Assembly (NCBI GenBank): GCA_039028835.1
Contig: JBCCHK010000008.1
Coordinates: 77,463-141,462 of the forward strand
DNA from: Pseudomonadota bacterium
Lineage (GTDB): Bacteria; Pseudomonadota; Alphaproteobacteria; JBCCHK01
DNA: 64,000 nt
Reading direction: 5' to 3'
The position numbers were made by a program, and so were the translations under genes. Below are positions 9,458 to 18,793 of this stretch, in pieces; the stretch's first letter is position 1, and each line of letters begins with the position of its first letter. The notes under the pieces are model-generated. The model was given only the letters and a program-made list of their open reading frames with translations. It did not search any database and had not been told where the DNA came from.

Positions 9458-9458
9458 C

Positions 9459-10994
9459 GTGTCGAGTTTGCTTGTTATCGATTATGGTAGTCAGTATACC
9501 CGCCTGATCGTCCGCCGCCTCCGTGATCGGCGTTTTTATGCCCACCTGTGCACGCCCGATCAGGCGCGGCAAGCCATCACCGGTCCGGGCCTTGCCGGGG
9601 TCGTCCTCTCTGGCGGGCCTGGCACTGTCGCTCAATCCTACGATCCTGGCCTGATTGACGATATCTTCGCACGTTCCTTGCCGGTGCTGGGCATTTGCCT
9701 GGGCGCGCAGATGCTGTGTCACCATTTTGACGGCACCGTTGAGTCCCGCGATGAGGCGTCCGAGTTCGGCGAGTCGATCTTGCAGGTGGACCCGGCAAAC
9801 CCGAGCCTTTTGCACGTCACCAACGATCATCGGTTGATGAGTTGGATGTCTCACAGCGATTATGTTGCTACCTTAGGCGAGTCTTGCCAAACCTTGGCCA
9901 TGACCTCGGATGGCTACTGCGCCGCCTTTCAGGTGCAAGATCGGCCGATTTTCGGCCTCATGTTTCATCCCGAGGTTTCTCACACCCAAAAGGGCACCGA
10001 GATTCTCGCCGCCTTTGCCGGGCAAGTTTGTGGCTGTAAGGCCAGCTGGCAGGCTGGTCAACAAAACCAGCGTTTGATCGATACCATTCGCACTCAGGTC
10101 GGTGAGGGCCGGGTCTTGACCGCTTTTTCTGGCGGTATCGATAGCCTGGTTGTTGGCGTCTTGGTCCATCGCGCGATTGGTGAGCGTGGCATTAACGTCT
10201 TCGTGGACACCGGTTTGTTAAGGCAAGATGATCTGGCCTTTATAGACACAATCCAAGCCGAGACGGGCCTGCAGATTGACCAGATAGATGCGCAGGATGT
10301 TTTTATCAAACGGCTGGCGGGCGTAAGCGACCCAGAAGAAAAGCGCAAGATCATTGGCCGTACCTTTATCGAGGTGTTTACGGACCACGTACGCGGTCTT
10401 GGACCTTTTAGTCACCTCGCGCAAGGGACGCTCTATACCGATATTATAGAAAGCGGCGGGGCGAGTGGAGCACACACGATCAAGAGTCACCACAACGTGG
10501 GCGGGTTGCCCCAAGAGCTCGGCTTTGAGCTTTTAGAGCCGCTCAAAGAACTCTATAAAGATGAGGTGCGGGAGCTGGGGGTGTCTTTGGGTATTGATCG
10601 GCAGTTTGTCCGGCGCCATCCGTTTCCCGGTCCCGGCTTGGCTGTGCGGGTGCTCGGCGCGTTGGATGCACAGACAATCGACATCGCGCGGCAGGTGGAT
10701 GCTTTGTTTATCGAGGCTCTGCGCTATCATGATCTCTATGATAAGGTTTGGCAGGCGTTTGCGGTGCTGACCCCGTTGCGTAGTGTTGGGGTGGTGGGCG
10801 ACCAGCGTGCGATGGGGTATGTGTGCGCGTTGCGGGCAGTAACGTCAGTAGATGGGATGACGGCGCAAGCGGCGATGTTGCCAGCAGATTTTTTGACCAA
10901 TATCACCAATAAAATCTGTAATCGTATTCCGCAAATTGGCCGCGTGGTTTATGACTACACCTCCAAGCCTCCGGGTACGATCGAGTGGGAGTAG
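9459..10994 (+). CDS. guaA: GMP synthase (glutamine-hydrolysing)
   Basis: IDYGSQY, LSGGP, GICLG, FHPEV, SGGIDS, IKSHHNVGG, HPFPGPGL, KPPGTIEWE. GTG start 2 bp after the leuD stop. Confidence 0.96.
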   Translation: MSSLLVIDYGSQYTRLIVRRLRDRRFYAHLCTPDQARQAITGPGLAGVVLSGGPGTVAQSYDPGLIDDIFARSLPVLGICLGAQMLCHHFDGTVESRDEASEFGESILQVDPANPSLLHVTNDHRLMSWMSHSDYVATLGESCQTLAMTSDGYCAAFQVQDRPIFGLMFHPEVSHTQKGTEILAAFAGQVCGCKASWQAGQQNQRLIDTIRTQVGEGRVLTAFSGGIDSLVVGVLVHRAIGERGINVFVDTGLLRQDDLAFIDTIQAETGLQIDQIDAQDVFIKRLAGVSDPEEKRKIIGRTFIEVFTDHVRGLGPFSHLAQGTLYTDIIESGGASGAHTIKSHHNVGGLPQELGFELLEPLKELYKDEVRELGVSLGIDRQFVRRHPFPGPGLAVRVLGALDAQTIDIARQVDALFIEALRYHDLYDKVWQAFAVLTPLRSVGVVGDQRAMGYVCALRAVTSVDGMTAQAAMLPADFLTNITNKICNRIPQIGRVVYDYTSKPPGTIEWE

Positions 10995-11005
10995 CTCTTC
11001 ATTGC

Positions 11006-11112
11006 TAACTTATTGATCTTAAACACTTTTTAAGTTTCACAAAAATTTCACAGGAAATTTTGACCGTTGATTTTATTGAGGTTTTCTCATACAGTTACAC
11101 AAGAGGTTACAC
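11006..11112. promoter_or_regulatory. attL-like arm region: IHF site plus paired arm-type repeats
   Basis: TAACTTATTGATC (close to YAAnnnnTTGATW) at 11006; (G/A)TTTCACA pair at 11034/11045; (A/G)GTTACAC pair at 11093/11105. Confidence 0.55.
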
Positions 11113-11155
11113 AAACGTGCGACCACTGAAAATCGTAGTAACTCAGAGAGAAAAA

Positions 11156-11815
11156 TTGGCACTCAAGAAGCAGCAGTTTTCCGAAGGCGAAATTCCGATC
11201 TTTGACGAAGCTTGTATCTACAAGCGTGGGGAATATTGGTAATTTCGGATGTGGCTAGCGAAGGAGGGCAAGTATGCCCGCAAAAGTCTTCGTACTTGCA
11301 GCCAGAGCACAGCCATTGAGCACGGAAAAGCTGCCTACCTTGAGATCTATGCCAATCTGCAGCAAGGCAAGACCTATTTTTCTATCACGACAAAAGAAGA
11401 TGTCGAGAGGTATCTGAAGTTTCGCCAACGTGATGTTGAACTTGGACACATAGTTAAAGGACGATACACAACAATAGCAACGCACTTACAGCACTTTCTA
11501 AGCTACATTGGCAAAGACATCAAGCTAAAAGAACTAGAACGCACAGACTGCGAAAACTACTTCTATCATCGCCACAAGGCCACCAACGGCAACGTCAAAC
11601 AAGTCACTGTTCAAAACGAACAAAGCACAATCAATGCGCTAATGAAATGGCTACATAAGAATGGCGAGACACACATTGATGGCTTTGACTTTAAGAAGCT
11701 GCCACGTTTAGACAAAGGCAATGATGCTATTCGTCGTGCAACACTGACTAACGACGAATATGAAGCACTGTACCGTGCAATGCGTACATATACTGCCAAA
11801 CACAACAAGCCGTAA
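11156..11815 (+). pseudogene. Tyrosine integrase pseudogene (N-terminal arm/core-binding part only)
   Basis: ORFs 11060-11242 and 11249-11815 are in one frame, split by TAA at 11240 (EYW*FRMW). Contains RKSLRT and a SAM-like core-binding region. It ends before any catalytic R-H-R-H-Y motifs. Confidence 0.72.
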
Positions 11816-12341
11816 CGTCTCTCTGTGTTGTCTGAATATTTCGATGGCCAGCTATTTCAGCAAGCACAAAAACACTCACACCCTTTTGGCTCAGCGTTGT
11901 GAGCCATGTTCTGCGGCCACTGTGTGATGATGTAGCACCGTGTAACCCAGCACGCTCGTACAAACGCTGTAAATGATGTGTAGCGGTATTTGCGCTAAAG
12001 CATGCCCGTTTTTGCGTTGAAAACAAAAAACCATGTAGCGGGTGTTCTCACAAGCTTTTGACGTATTCTTGTAAGTGCTTGTGCATTTGCCGTGGCAGAA
12101 ATACTTTACGAGCATGCTTGCCCTTAGTACGGCTTGCATCAAGTATAATTTCATCGAGTATGCTGCCGCTGTGATCGAGCACATCATCAAAGCGCGAACT
12201 TGCAATCTCGCCAACTCGAAGTCCGCACAAGTGCGAGAACAGCATCATAGTGACGTCACGCTGCGGATATCTGCTGCACCCAGCAGTCACGTCAATTAGC
12301 TGCTTAAGTTCGCTTTTTCGTAAGGTTCTTGCTTGAGCCAT
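11810..12341 (-). pseudogene. Small catalytic-domain-only tyrosine recombinase/resolvase pseudogene
   Basis: GLRVGE, TKG, HSGRR, AGHRNIQTTQR. In-frame TGA at 12048-12050. The catalytic Tyr position reads Asp (TTQRDV). Confidence 0.85.
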
Positions 12342-12345
12342 ATGC

Positions 12346-12395
12346 ACCTCAGAAAAAATGTAATGTTTTCGTACATATAGTGTATTTTCTGAGGT
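12346..12395. repeat. 11-bp perfect inverted repeat upstream of the small recombinase
   Basis: ACCTCAGAAAA (12346-12356) and TTTTCTGAGGT (12385-12395), 28-bp spacer. Confidence 0.7.
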
Positions 12396-12480
12396 ATTTT
12401 TTGGGCAACCGAAAACGGCTCTTCAAAATCCTATTTAAATTTAATGACTTAGCGGAAAATGTAAAAAAATTGTAGTTTTC

Positions 12481-13458
12481 TTACATTTTTTCAGCATGTT
12501 CATTATGCTGAGCAACAACGACAATTTCACCACTCACCAGTCTAGTAATAGGTCCATTAAAAAAATCCGAATATAGAGCGGACTTATCTACGGATTTAGG
12601 TGCAGACGCAGATTTGATCGCGAACCCATTTCGAGTGAGGGTATCGACCATCATTTTGAGAGAAAAGTTTATTGTGTGGGGCTCAAAGAGAATGCCATCC
12701 CTACTTCCATTCATTAGTCGTGTAATTTGATTGGCACCATCAGGAACTGCAATAACTAATTGACCTTGACTATTCATTATATTTTTAATCGACATCAGCA
12801 CGTTATCAACGCTTTGAGGATCGTAATGCTCTAAAACATGCGACATAAAAATCGTATCGAATTTAAGGTTAATGGAATTATCAGGAATTTCGTTCAAGAC
12901 TGTTACACCAAGCTCCCTTGTTAATATGACTTTTGAATAAGGATCCGGCTCGACGGCATACTTTGAATGTGATTGACTAAGCTTTAGTAACACCCCCACA
13001 CCTGAACCTATATCTAAAATCTTTTTTTCAGGCTTATCATCAGAAATTTCTAGTAAGAATAAAGAGCGCTTAGAAAATCTTTTGTATGCATCAGTTTTAA
13101 CAAAATAGTCGAAAAATTTGCCATCCGTTTGGACGACAGTTCTGAATGGCTGGACATCAAACTGGTAATCTTTTTGGTAATAGTCATCGAGGTTAATTTT
13201 TAGCTTTGGTATGAAACTGCCAAAACAAGTCCCACAAGTAACTAAGATGTGGCCAATAAATTTTTCAGTAGCAACTGGATACGAAGATATGAAAATCTTG
13301 TCTTTTGGGCAGTGGCATTGAAAATGATCGAATAAATGGTTTACTTCAATAAAGTTTGGAACGTGTTTTTTTAACTTAATAAGCGATCCTGCGTATTTAT
13401 CATAACGTAATTTAAACCGATCAAGCTGTTCAAGGATTTGTTCCCAATCTCTGTTCAT
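12481..13458 (-). CDS. Class I SAM-dependent methyltransferase with N-terminal Cys cluster (polysaccharide-associated)
   Basis: CHCP..CGTC, ILDIGSGVG, AVEP, FDTIFMSHVLEH, LVIAVP. Confidence 0.8.
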   Translation of the reverse strand: MNRDWEQILEQLDRFKLRYDKYAGSLIKLKKHVPNFIEVNHLFDHFQCHCPKDKIFISSYPVATEKFIGHILVTCGTCFGSFIPKLKINLDDYYQKDYQFDVQPFRTVVQTDGKFFDYFVKTDAYKRFSKRSLFLLEISDDKPEKKILDIGSGVGVLLKLSQSHSKYAVEPDPYSKVILTRELGVTVLNEIPDNSINLKFDTIFMSHVLEHYDPQSVDNVLMSIKNIMNSQGQLVIAVPDGANQITRLMNGSRDGILFEPHTINFSLKMMVDTLTRNGFAIKSASAPKSVDKSALYSDFFNGPITRLVSGEIVVVAQHNEHAEKM

Positions 13459-13472
13459 CTATGGATCCTCCT

Positions 13473-14555
13473 TCAGAAGGTGTTTTCATTGAATTGAAGA
13501 AAATCACTGTTAAATGGCGGTAACAATTGGTCTTTGGATAGCTTAATCACTTTTGTGAATCCATCTTGAAAACAATCATGACGATTAATGTTGCTGTTGT
13601 AAGTAATCAAATAACGGATATTTCTGGTCTGAAAATTTTTTTGGTTTGATAGGTCTAATTGAACATTTGGCAAACGACGCCGCATTGATCGATAGATCGA
13701 CAACCATCCAAAGCTATAGTCCAACGGGTGTGGCCTAACCAAAGTAAGAATTTCAGGATTTGTAGCCTTTATTTCAAGTGCTTTATCAACAAGTAGATTG
13801 CAATAGTCAGTAAAATCAATATTCATTGCTATTGCTGAATCGTACTTTATCTGCAAAGCTATCAAAGCTATCGGATCTGAATTAATACTTTCCATAAAGG
13901 GTCTGTTTATTCGCCTCATAAGGGAAAAGATTAAGATGTTTAAAATTCTCGTGAAAAATCGTTTTAAATAATATTTAAATCCCCGCGCCGATCGAATGTG
14001 CAAAGGCAGTGCAAGCATTCGATAGATTTTAGGATAACCAATTTTTATGGAATCTGCGGAATGAAACTTCTGATCCAAAAATATGCTTCTTAAATGATCG
14101 CCGTGATTAAGGTGTAAATCACCAAAAATTGTAACACCTCCATTTTTGTTGGAGCTTTCGAATACTACGCAATTTGAAGCATAGTCATCATTTAGTTTTA
14201 GGCAACTGCCTATGAAGGTGTGCTGATTAAAAATCCAGATTTTTTGATAATCGAATTCCTTATTAATCTCTAGCATCGAGAATAGACTTGACTGTAATCT
14301 TTTGATAGTGCTCTTAGTATACGTTCCTCGCTTTTCCTCAATAGACTCTGCATAAATTTTTGATGATCGATCCTCACGAATTTGTGAGGGGCATGTGATG
14401 TGGTTTTTTGGAATGCCGTGAAGGCGTTCTAAAATAATTTTTTCCAACTGTGAGAAAATAATGACTTTATAGGCATTAATTAATTTGTGCCGTTCAGCTA
14501 ATGAAATCAATAGCCTTGCTATCAGAAGATTCTGAGCGACTATGAGGACTTTCAT
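13473..14555 (-). CDS. KpsS/KpsC-like capsular polysaccharide biosynthesis protein (putative)
   Basis: IALQIKYDS (QxxxD) and VRPHPLD (HP) motifs plus ITYNS, as in the KpsS/KpsC-like fold. Confidence 0.55.
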   Translation of the reverse strand: MKVLIVAQNLLIARLLISLAERHKLINAYKVIIFSQLEKIILERLHGIPKNHITCPSQIREDRSSKIYAESIEEKRGTYTKSTIKRLQSSLFSMLEINKEFDYQKIWIFNQHTFIGSCLKLNDDYASNCVVFESSNKNGGVTIFGDLHLNHGDHLRSIFLDQKFHSADSIKIGYPKIYRMLALPLHIRSARGFKYYLKRFFTRILNILIFSLMRRINRPFMESINSDPIALIALQIKYDSAIAMNIDFTDYCNLLVDKALEIKATNPEILTLVRPHPLDYSFGWLSIYRSMRRRLPNVQLDLSNQKNFQTRNIRYLITYNSNINRHDCFQDGFTKVIKLSKDQLLPPFNSDFLQFNENTF

Positions 14556-15277
14556 AGCTTAATACCCGATAGTGACTCATGTTTCATTTGGTTAACGACT
14601 GTTAAGTATTCTCTTAGAGAGGAAACTGATGTATTCACCATGAAGCGCAATAATAAAAAACCTAGGATGAAATTGTTTAAATTGGTCACATGCCACCAGT
14701 CATAAAAATACGCCAAAGTGGTTATTGTCATAGAAAGTACAGCGTATGAAGAAATCATTATTTCGCGCACATCACTGAATTTTTCAAATTTATGTTCGTG
14801 TTTATGGATTTTATATTTGCTCAACAGAGCATATAAAGTAGTCAAAAAGACCATTAAAAATGTCATCACAGTACTAAATGAAAAATAGCCAATAACAAAT
14901 ATAGATGTGAGAACAGCAAGTGTAGAGACAGTAAGCTCACTAGATGCCTTGGCAAAATTAAGGACCGTTACTTTGGCTTCAGTCCTACTCACAGATAGAT
15001 ATTTTAGTGCAATCTTGTAGCGTAAAGATTGATTTAAAAACTGATAAGAGGCTTCGAGTAGTATGGCTACAACTAGAACTGCCAATAATACTATTGATGA
15101 TTTTGTCAGTGTGCCACTATCGTTTAGCTCAAAGAAAACTTTAATAGGAATTAAAAATTTTAGTAATTGAGTTATTCTAAATGCAGATAGCAATAGCAAT
15201 AATATCAGTGAATAAAAACCGCTTATCGATAAGAAGTTAAATATAGAAATATATATTTGGTAGATTTTAGAAAACAT
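14552..15277 (-). CDS. Hypothetical integral membrane protein (polysaccharide locus)
   Basis: 241-aa ORF with about 6 hydrophobic segments. ATGA-coupled to the downstream gene. Confidence 0.65.
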   Translation of the reverse strand: MFSKIYQIYISIFNFLSISGFYSLILLLLLSAFRITQLLKFLIPIKVFFELNDSGTLTKSSIVLLAVLVVAILLEASYQFLNQSLRYKIALKYLSVSRTEAKVTVLNFAKASSELTVSTLAVLTSIFVIGYFSFSTVMTFLMVFLTTLYALLSKYKIHKHEHKFEKFSDVREIMISSYAVLSMTITTLAYFYDWWHVTNLNNFILGFLLLRFMVNTSVSSLREYLTVVNQMKHESLSGIKL

Positions 15278-15282
15278 ATGCT

Positions 15283-16716
15283 TTAGAGTTTAAGTTTCGC
15301 GAAAAGCTTTGCTCTGAATGAACGTGGATCGATTATTAGCAAGCGAATTGCATTTCTAATTTTTCGAATTGCATTTCTAATTTTTGTACTTCGTTTATGG
15401 CGGTTATTAACTGGCGAATTTGTTGCATTTGAACTCACGACGATCTTTCTCGTTTTTTTTATTTCGTACAATTTGTTGTTGAATTTTTCTAAATCCGATT
15501 CGCTGCAACCAATTGATGGTAATAAGTTTGCACTTAAATGCTCTAAAAACTTCTCATATGATTTCTCCGTTTTGTCAAAGAAACCATGTTCCGTAATATC
15601 ATGGAGTAATATAGTTTTTTCGTAAGGCTCCATCTCACAGAAGAGTTCTCTAAAAAAGAAGGCGTCGTTATAATTTGGGCTTAATCCCATGAGCGTTAAA
15701 TTCAGCGCATACTGTGATACAATTCCATACCAATTATTCACACGTGATAATTGTTCATCGAGCATTCCTTCTACAAGATAAATTCTACCTAGGCGTATCT
15801 CGTCAAAAAATTTGTTTTCTAAGTAATCTTTAGTTGGGCGCGCTCCATGCTTGATGTATTCAAAAGGATGTAACTTAAGAAGGATGATATCGTTTTCTTG
15901 AAGCGCAAGCTCTACGATACGATCTAATTCATCAGATAGAACAAAATCATCCGCTATATTAGTAAGTGAATAATCATCAAACACCTGTAAGAAGACACAG
16001 CCCAGTCGTTCATCCTTTATTAAGGCAAGTATTTCATCAACATAATCTGTGTTAGGTTGAGCCTTCACATTTATATTGGATAGCAAAAGGTTAATTGGTT
16101 TTAATGGTCCAGTTTCTTTTTTTGCTCTGTCGTAAATTCTTTTAATTGTCCATGGATTGTTTTGGATTTGAGTGTACTGAGGCTCAATATATAGGTGTTT
16201 GCCGGTAAAAAAATACTCGAGCACGAATGTATTTAGATTAAATAGTTCACAAATCTTCATGCACGCTCGTTGGTAAATTTTTGATCCACCGAAAACAAAT
16301 ACCAATAGTGGCCTCTTAATAAAAAGTTTTTCACGATAATATTCAATAAAAGCCCGCGCTTCATTGAGGCTTTCCAATAGCTTTTTCAGGGCTGCCTTAT
16401 CTAAGGTGTCAAATTTTTTGTTTAATATGTCTGCCCAATTAAAGGACAAGTTTTCGCTAAGGGAGCGTGCATTTATGTATCTTCGATAATCTGCTTCGAC
16501 TATTTCGAATAGATCAACATTGTAGATGAATCGATTTGCGATTACGGTTTTTGCAAAATCTCCTCCAGGATCATTTAGATAAAAATTTAAATCTTTTGTT
16601 TTGGGTGGTTCGTCAAAAATTGCCTGTAGACCGAACTCTCGCATTACCCGATGGATCATCGGAAAGTTTCGTTGTTTAAAATTTTCATTGTCTGGAAAAA
16701 ATACAACGTTACTCAT
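15283..16716 (-). CDS. KpsS/KpsC-like capsular polysaccharide biosynthesis protein (putative)
   Basis: VFLQVFDDYS (QxxxD), LLKLHPFE (HP), FVLEYFF. 477-aa intact ORF, ATGA-coupled. Confidence 0.6.
   Translation of the reverse strand: MSNVVFFPDNENFKQRNFPMIHRVMREFGLQAIFDEPPKTKDLNFYLNDPGGDFAKTVIANRFIYNVDLFEIVEADYRRYINARSLSENLSFNWADILNKKFDTLDKAALKKLLESLNEARAFIEYYREKLFIKRPLLVFVFGGSKIYQRACMKICELFNLNTFVLEYFFTGKHLYIEPQYTQIQNNPWTIKRIYDRAKKETGPLKPINLLLSNINVKAQPNTDYVDEILALIKDERLGCVFLQVFDDYSLTNIADDFVLSDELDRIVELALQENDIILLKLHPFEYIKHGARPTKDYLENKFFDEIRLGRIYLVEGMLDEQLSRVNNWYGIVSQYALNLTLMGLSPNYNDAFFFRELFCEMEPYEKTILLHDITEHGFFDKTEKSYEKFLEHLSANLLPSIGCSESDLEKFNNKLYEIKKTRKIVVSSNATNSPVNNRHKRSTKIRNAIRKIRNAIRLLIIDPRSFRAKLFAKLKL
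15344..15385. repeat. 21-bp in-frame tandem duplication (KIRNAIR x2)
   Basis: CGAATTGCATTTCTAATTTTT occurs twice in tandem. Confidence 0.85.
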
Positions 16717-17663
16717 TTTAAAATACGCTCACAAAATTTATCTATTGCGTTTGAAACAGCAGCTTGTGAGAGTACGTTTTTAACTGCATTTTGAGTTTGT
16801 GCGTTGAGTTCTTCTCTAAATTCTTTACTTGAACGCCAGTTTGTTAATAGTGTTTGAAGTTCTTCATAGTTAGAGAAGAAACCAAGGTAGTTTTCCTCAA
16901 ATAAATCATGCGCCATTGCTATTCTTCTCGTAATGACTGGTGTTTCTGTCGATATGGCCTCGGGGAGGCTTGCTGGACCACCCTCATACCAAGAAAGAAT
17001 CAAGAGGAGATCTGCATGATTATATAATTCAAGAGATTCTAGATAAGACTTAGGCTGATTATGAATCGCCGTGAAGCCGTTGTTTCTTGCGTGGATGGCA
17101 TCAATAAGTCTGTCTTTTCCACATAACCGAAACTCGTAAGAATTAATATCCAAGTCTTTTACCAACATGCGAATGTTGCTTTCGCCTTTGACGCCACGCA
17201 TGTATCGTCTTGAGTTAATAAATAAGACAGTTTTTTTGGTCTCATTGAAATTTTGCTGGCGCGACTTTCTCAATTTTATACCCTTAAATATTTCGATAGC
17301 TTCAGTGGTGCACGCATATCCGTGAGGAATTACTTCGATCTGGGATTTCAACCCTTCTTCAAGTAATATTTTTCTTTGCAGCGTATTTAGGCAAATAATT
17401 CCACTGGTTTTTCTTATAGGGAGTAGATACTGCTTTAATGAGAACGCTGGATCGATATCCATTAAGTCATGATGGATAAATGCGAGAGAGTTTCTAGGTA
17501 TTTTTTTGCTTTTGTTTATCCTGTGATGGATACAGACATCAGCATCATCGATTGGATCAATCGAAGCGACGTGCTCATATGAACTGTATTTTGAATAAGA
17601 TTCTATAAGATCATCGAAGATTCGGCTTTTTTGCTCAGTCGCTAACACATGATTAATCAGCAT
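16713..17663 (-). CDS. GT4-type glycosyltransferase
   Basis: VIPHG, R..KG, ADLLLILSWYEGGPASLPEAI (EX7E), PVIT. GGAG upstream. Confidence 0.82.
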   Translation of the reverse strand: MLINHVLATEQKSRIFDDLIESYSKYSSYEHVASIDPIDDADVCIHHRINKSKKIPRNSLAFIHHDLMDIDPAFSLKQYLLPIRKTSGIICLNTLQRKILLEEGLKSQIEVIPHGYACTTEAIEIFKGIKLRKSRQQNFNETKKTVLFINSRRYMRGVKGESNIRMLVKDLDINSYEFRLCGKDRLIDAIHARNNGFTAIHNQPKSYLESLELYNHADLLLILSWYEGGPASLPEAISTETPVITRRIAMAHDLFEENYLGFFSNYEELQTLLTNWRSSKEFREELNAQTQNAVKNVLSQAAVSNAIDKFCERILK

Positions 17664-17934
17664 ACTCCACTCCCTAAAAGTGGCGAGAGAGATTTAATTT
17701 TTTTAATGTATTGAATATTGACCCAACAGCATTCATTACCACCGCCTTTGTCTCCGACAAGCAATGGTATGCTGCGCTTCGTAAACGAACGGCGTTAGGG
17801 ATGTGCGCAACTACGCCATCTCGCAGAACCATTGACATGGTCAGAGCCCTTTGAGAATTAAGTTAACTAGGGTGTAGGTTGTGGTCATGCCACCGAAGAC
17901 AATTGACGCAATAAATAACTTCGAACTCCACGCG

Positions 17935-18000
17935 TAACGTCTTGATTTTAAACGATTATTTGCGGGGAGGGGGTAATAGTAGTTACATGCATTAGTTACA
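17935..18000. promoter_or_regulatory. Right-end att-arm-like region: IHF site plus TAGTTACA pair
   Basis: TAACGTCTTGATT at 17935; TAGTTACA at 17980 and 17993. Confidence 0.5.
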
Positions 18001-18189
18001 GCCTAGTCCCATGTTGATATATCAGTTCGCAGAGTATACACATTGCGGGGAGAGAGGCAAGTCTCAAATTGTAAATCAATGCATAAAAAAGCATCGATTT
18101 TTCAGACACATAGCAACGAATTTACACTTGCAAGTGAACAAAAATTTTCTGGCTCTAGGCAAGCAAACACTCTGTTTCAACACAGTGTT

Positions 18190-18351
18190 TTAGCGCGAGC
18201 TTCGCATCGGAAAAGCCCCCTTACCCACGTTGTCGATATATTGGTGCGCGATCCGCAAATGTCTCTGCACAGCGAGTTGTTTTCGGCGATAGATGGTGCG
18301 CTCGTATAGGCTGCAGTGAGACTTGCCTTTTTTCGCAAAATCTTCGGTCAT
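18190..18351 (-). CDS. Possible 53-aa small protein (MTEDFAKKGKSHCSLYERTIYRRKQL...)
   Basis: ATG is preceded by GGAG at 8 nt spacing. No homology recognised. Confidence 0.25.
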   Translation of the reverse strand: MTEDFAKKGKSHCSLYERTIYRRKQLAVQRHLRIAHQYIDNVGKGAFPMRSSR

Positions 18352-18793
18352 GCCGTCCACTCCGGGCCTTCCAAGCGCCTCACCTCAACAAGCCTCTTAC
18401 GAGTGCCCCAACCCCGCAATATCTTGAGAAAACACGCGTTTTGTGTTAACCTTATGAGCTGATTCGCGGAAGGGGGGTGCGCATCAGCGCACTCGGATCA
18501 TGAACTAGGATCATCACAAGATCATCATGGGATTGTTCGATGCGTTGTCCGAGTGTTGTTTGCAAGGCACATACAGCGCGTCATAAAACAGGGATTTGTC
18601 TTTCATCACGTTAAAGGCTGCATGCCCTAAAAAGCCTGTTGTGGGTTTTTTTCAAGGGTCTGTCCGCCGTATCTCTCGATGAATAGGATTGTTCGTCATG
18701 ACCACATCCGCACAAGATATATCCGTACGGATGCTGCTTAGGGCGCGTGGGCCGATGCTCTTTGGCAGGGCGGCAGACTACCGCATGAGCTGT

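Larger units (their letters stand above)
10995..18000. mobile_element. Degraded genomic island integrated at the guaA 3' end
   Basis: Sequence turns abruptly AT-rich right after the guaA stop. Contains integrase remnants, foreign polysaccharide genes and att-arm-like repeats at both ends. The right boundary is approximate. Confidence 0.8.

Noticed and set aside
9297-9458. N-terminal extension of GuaA in the ORF track
   Set aside because: It overlaps leuD. Homology starts at the GTG at 9459.
11240-12050. In-frame TAA and TGA in the recombinases as possible recoding or selenocysteine
   Set aside because: Both genes have other inactivating lesions (truncation, catalytic Tyr to Asp), so simple pseudogenisation explains the stops.
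17661-17676. GGGAGTGGAGT on the minus strand resembling the guaA att core
   Set aside because: It is in inverted orientation, imperfect, and positioned as the ribosome-binding site of the glycosyltransferase.
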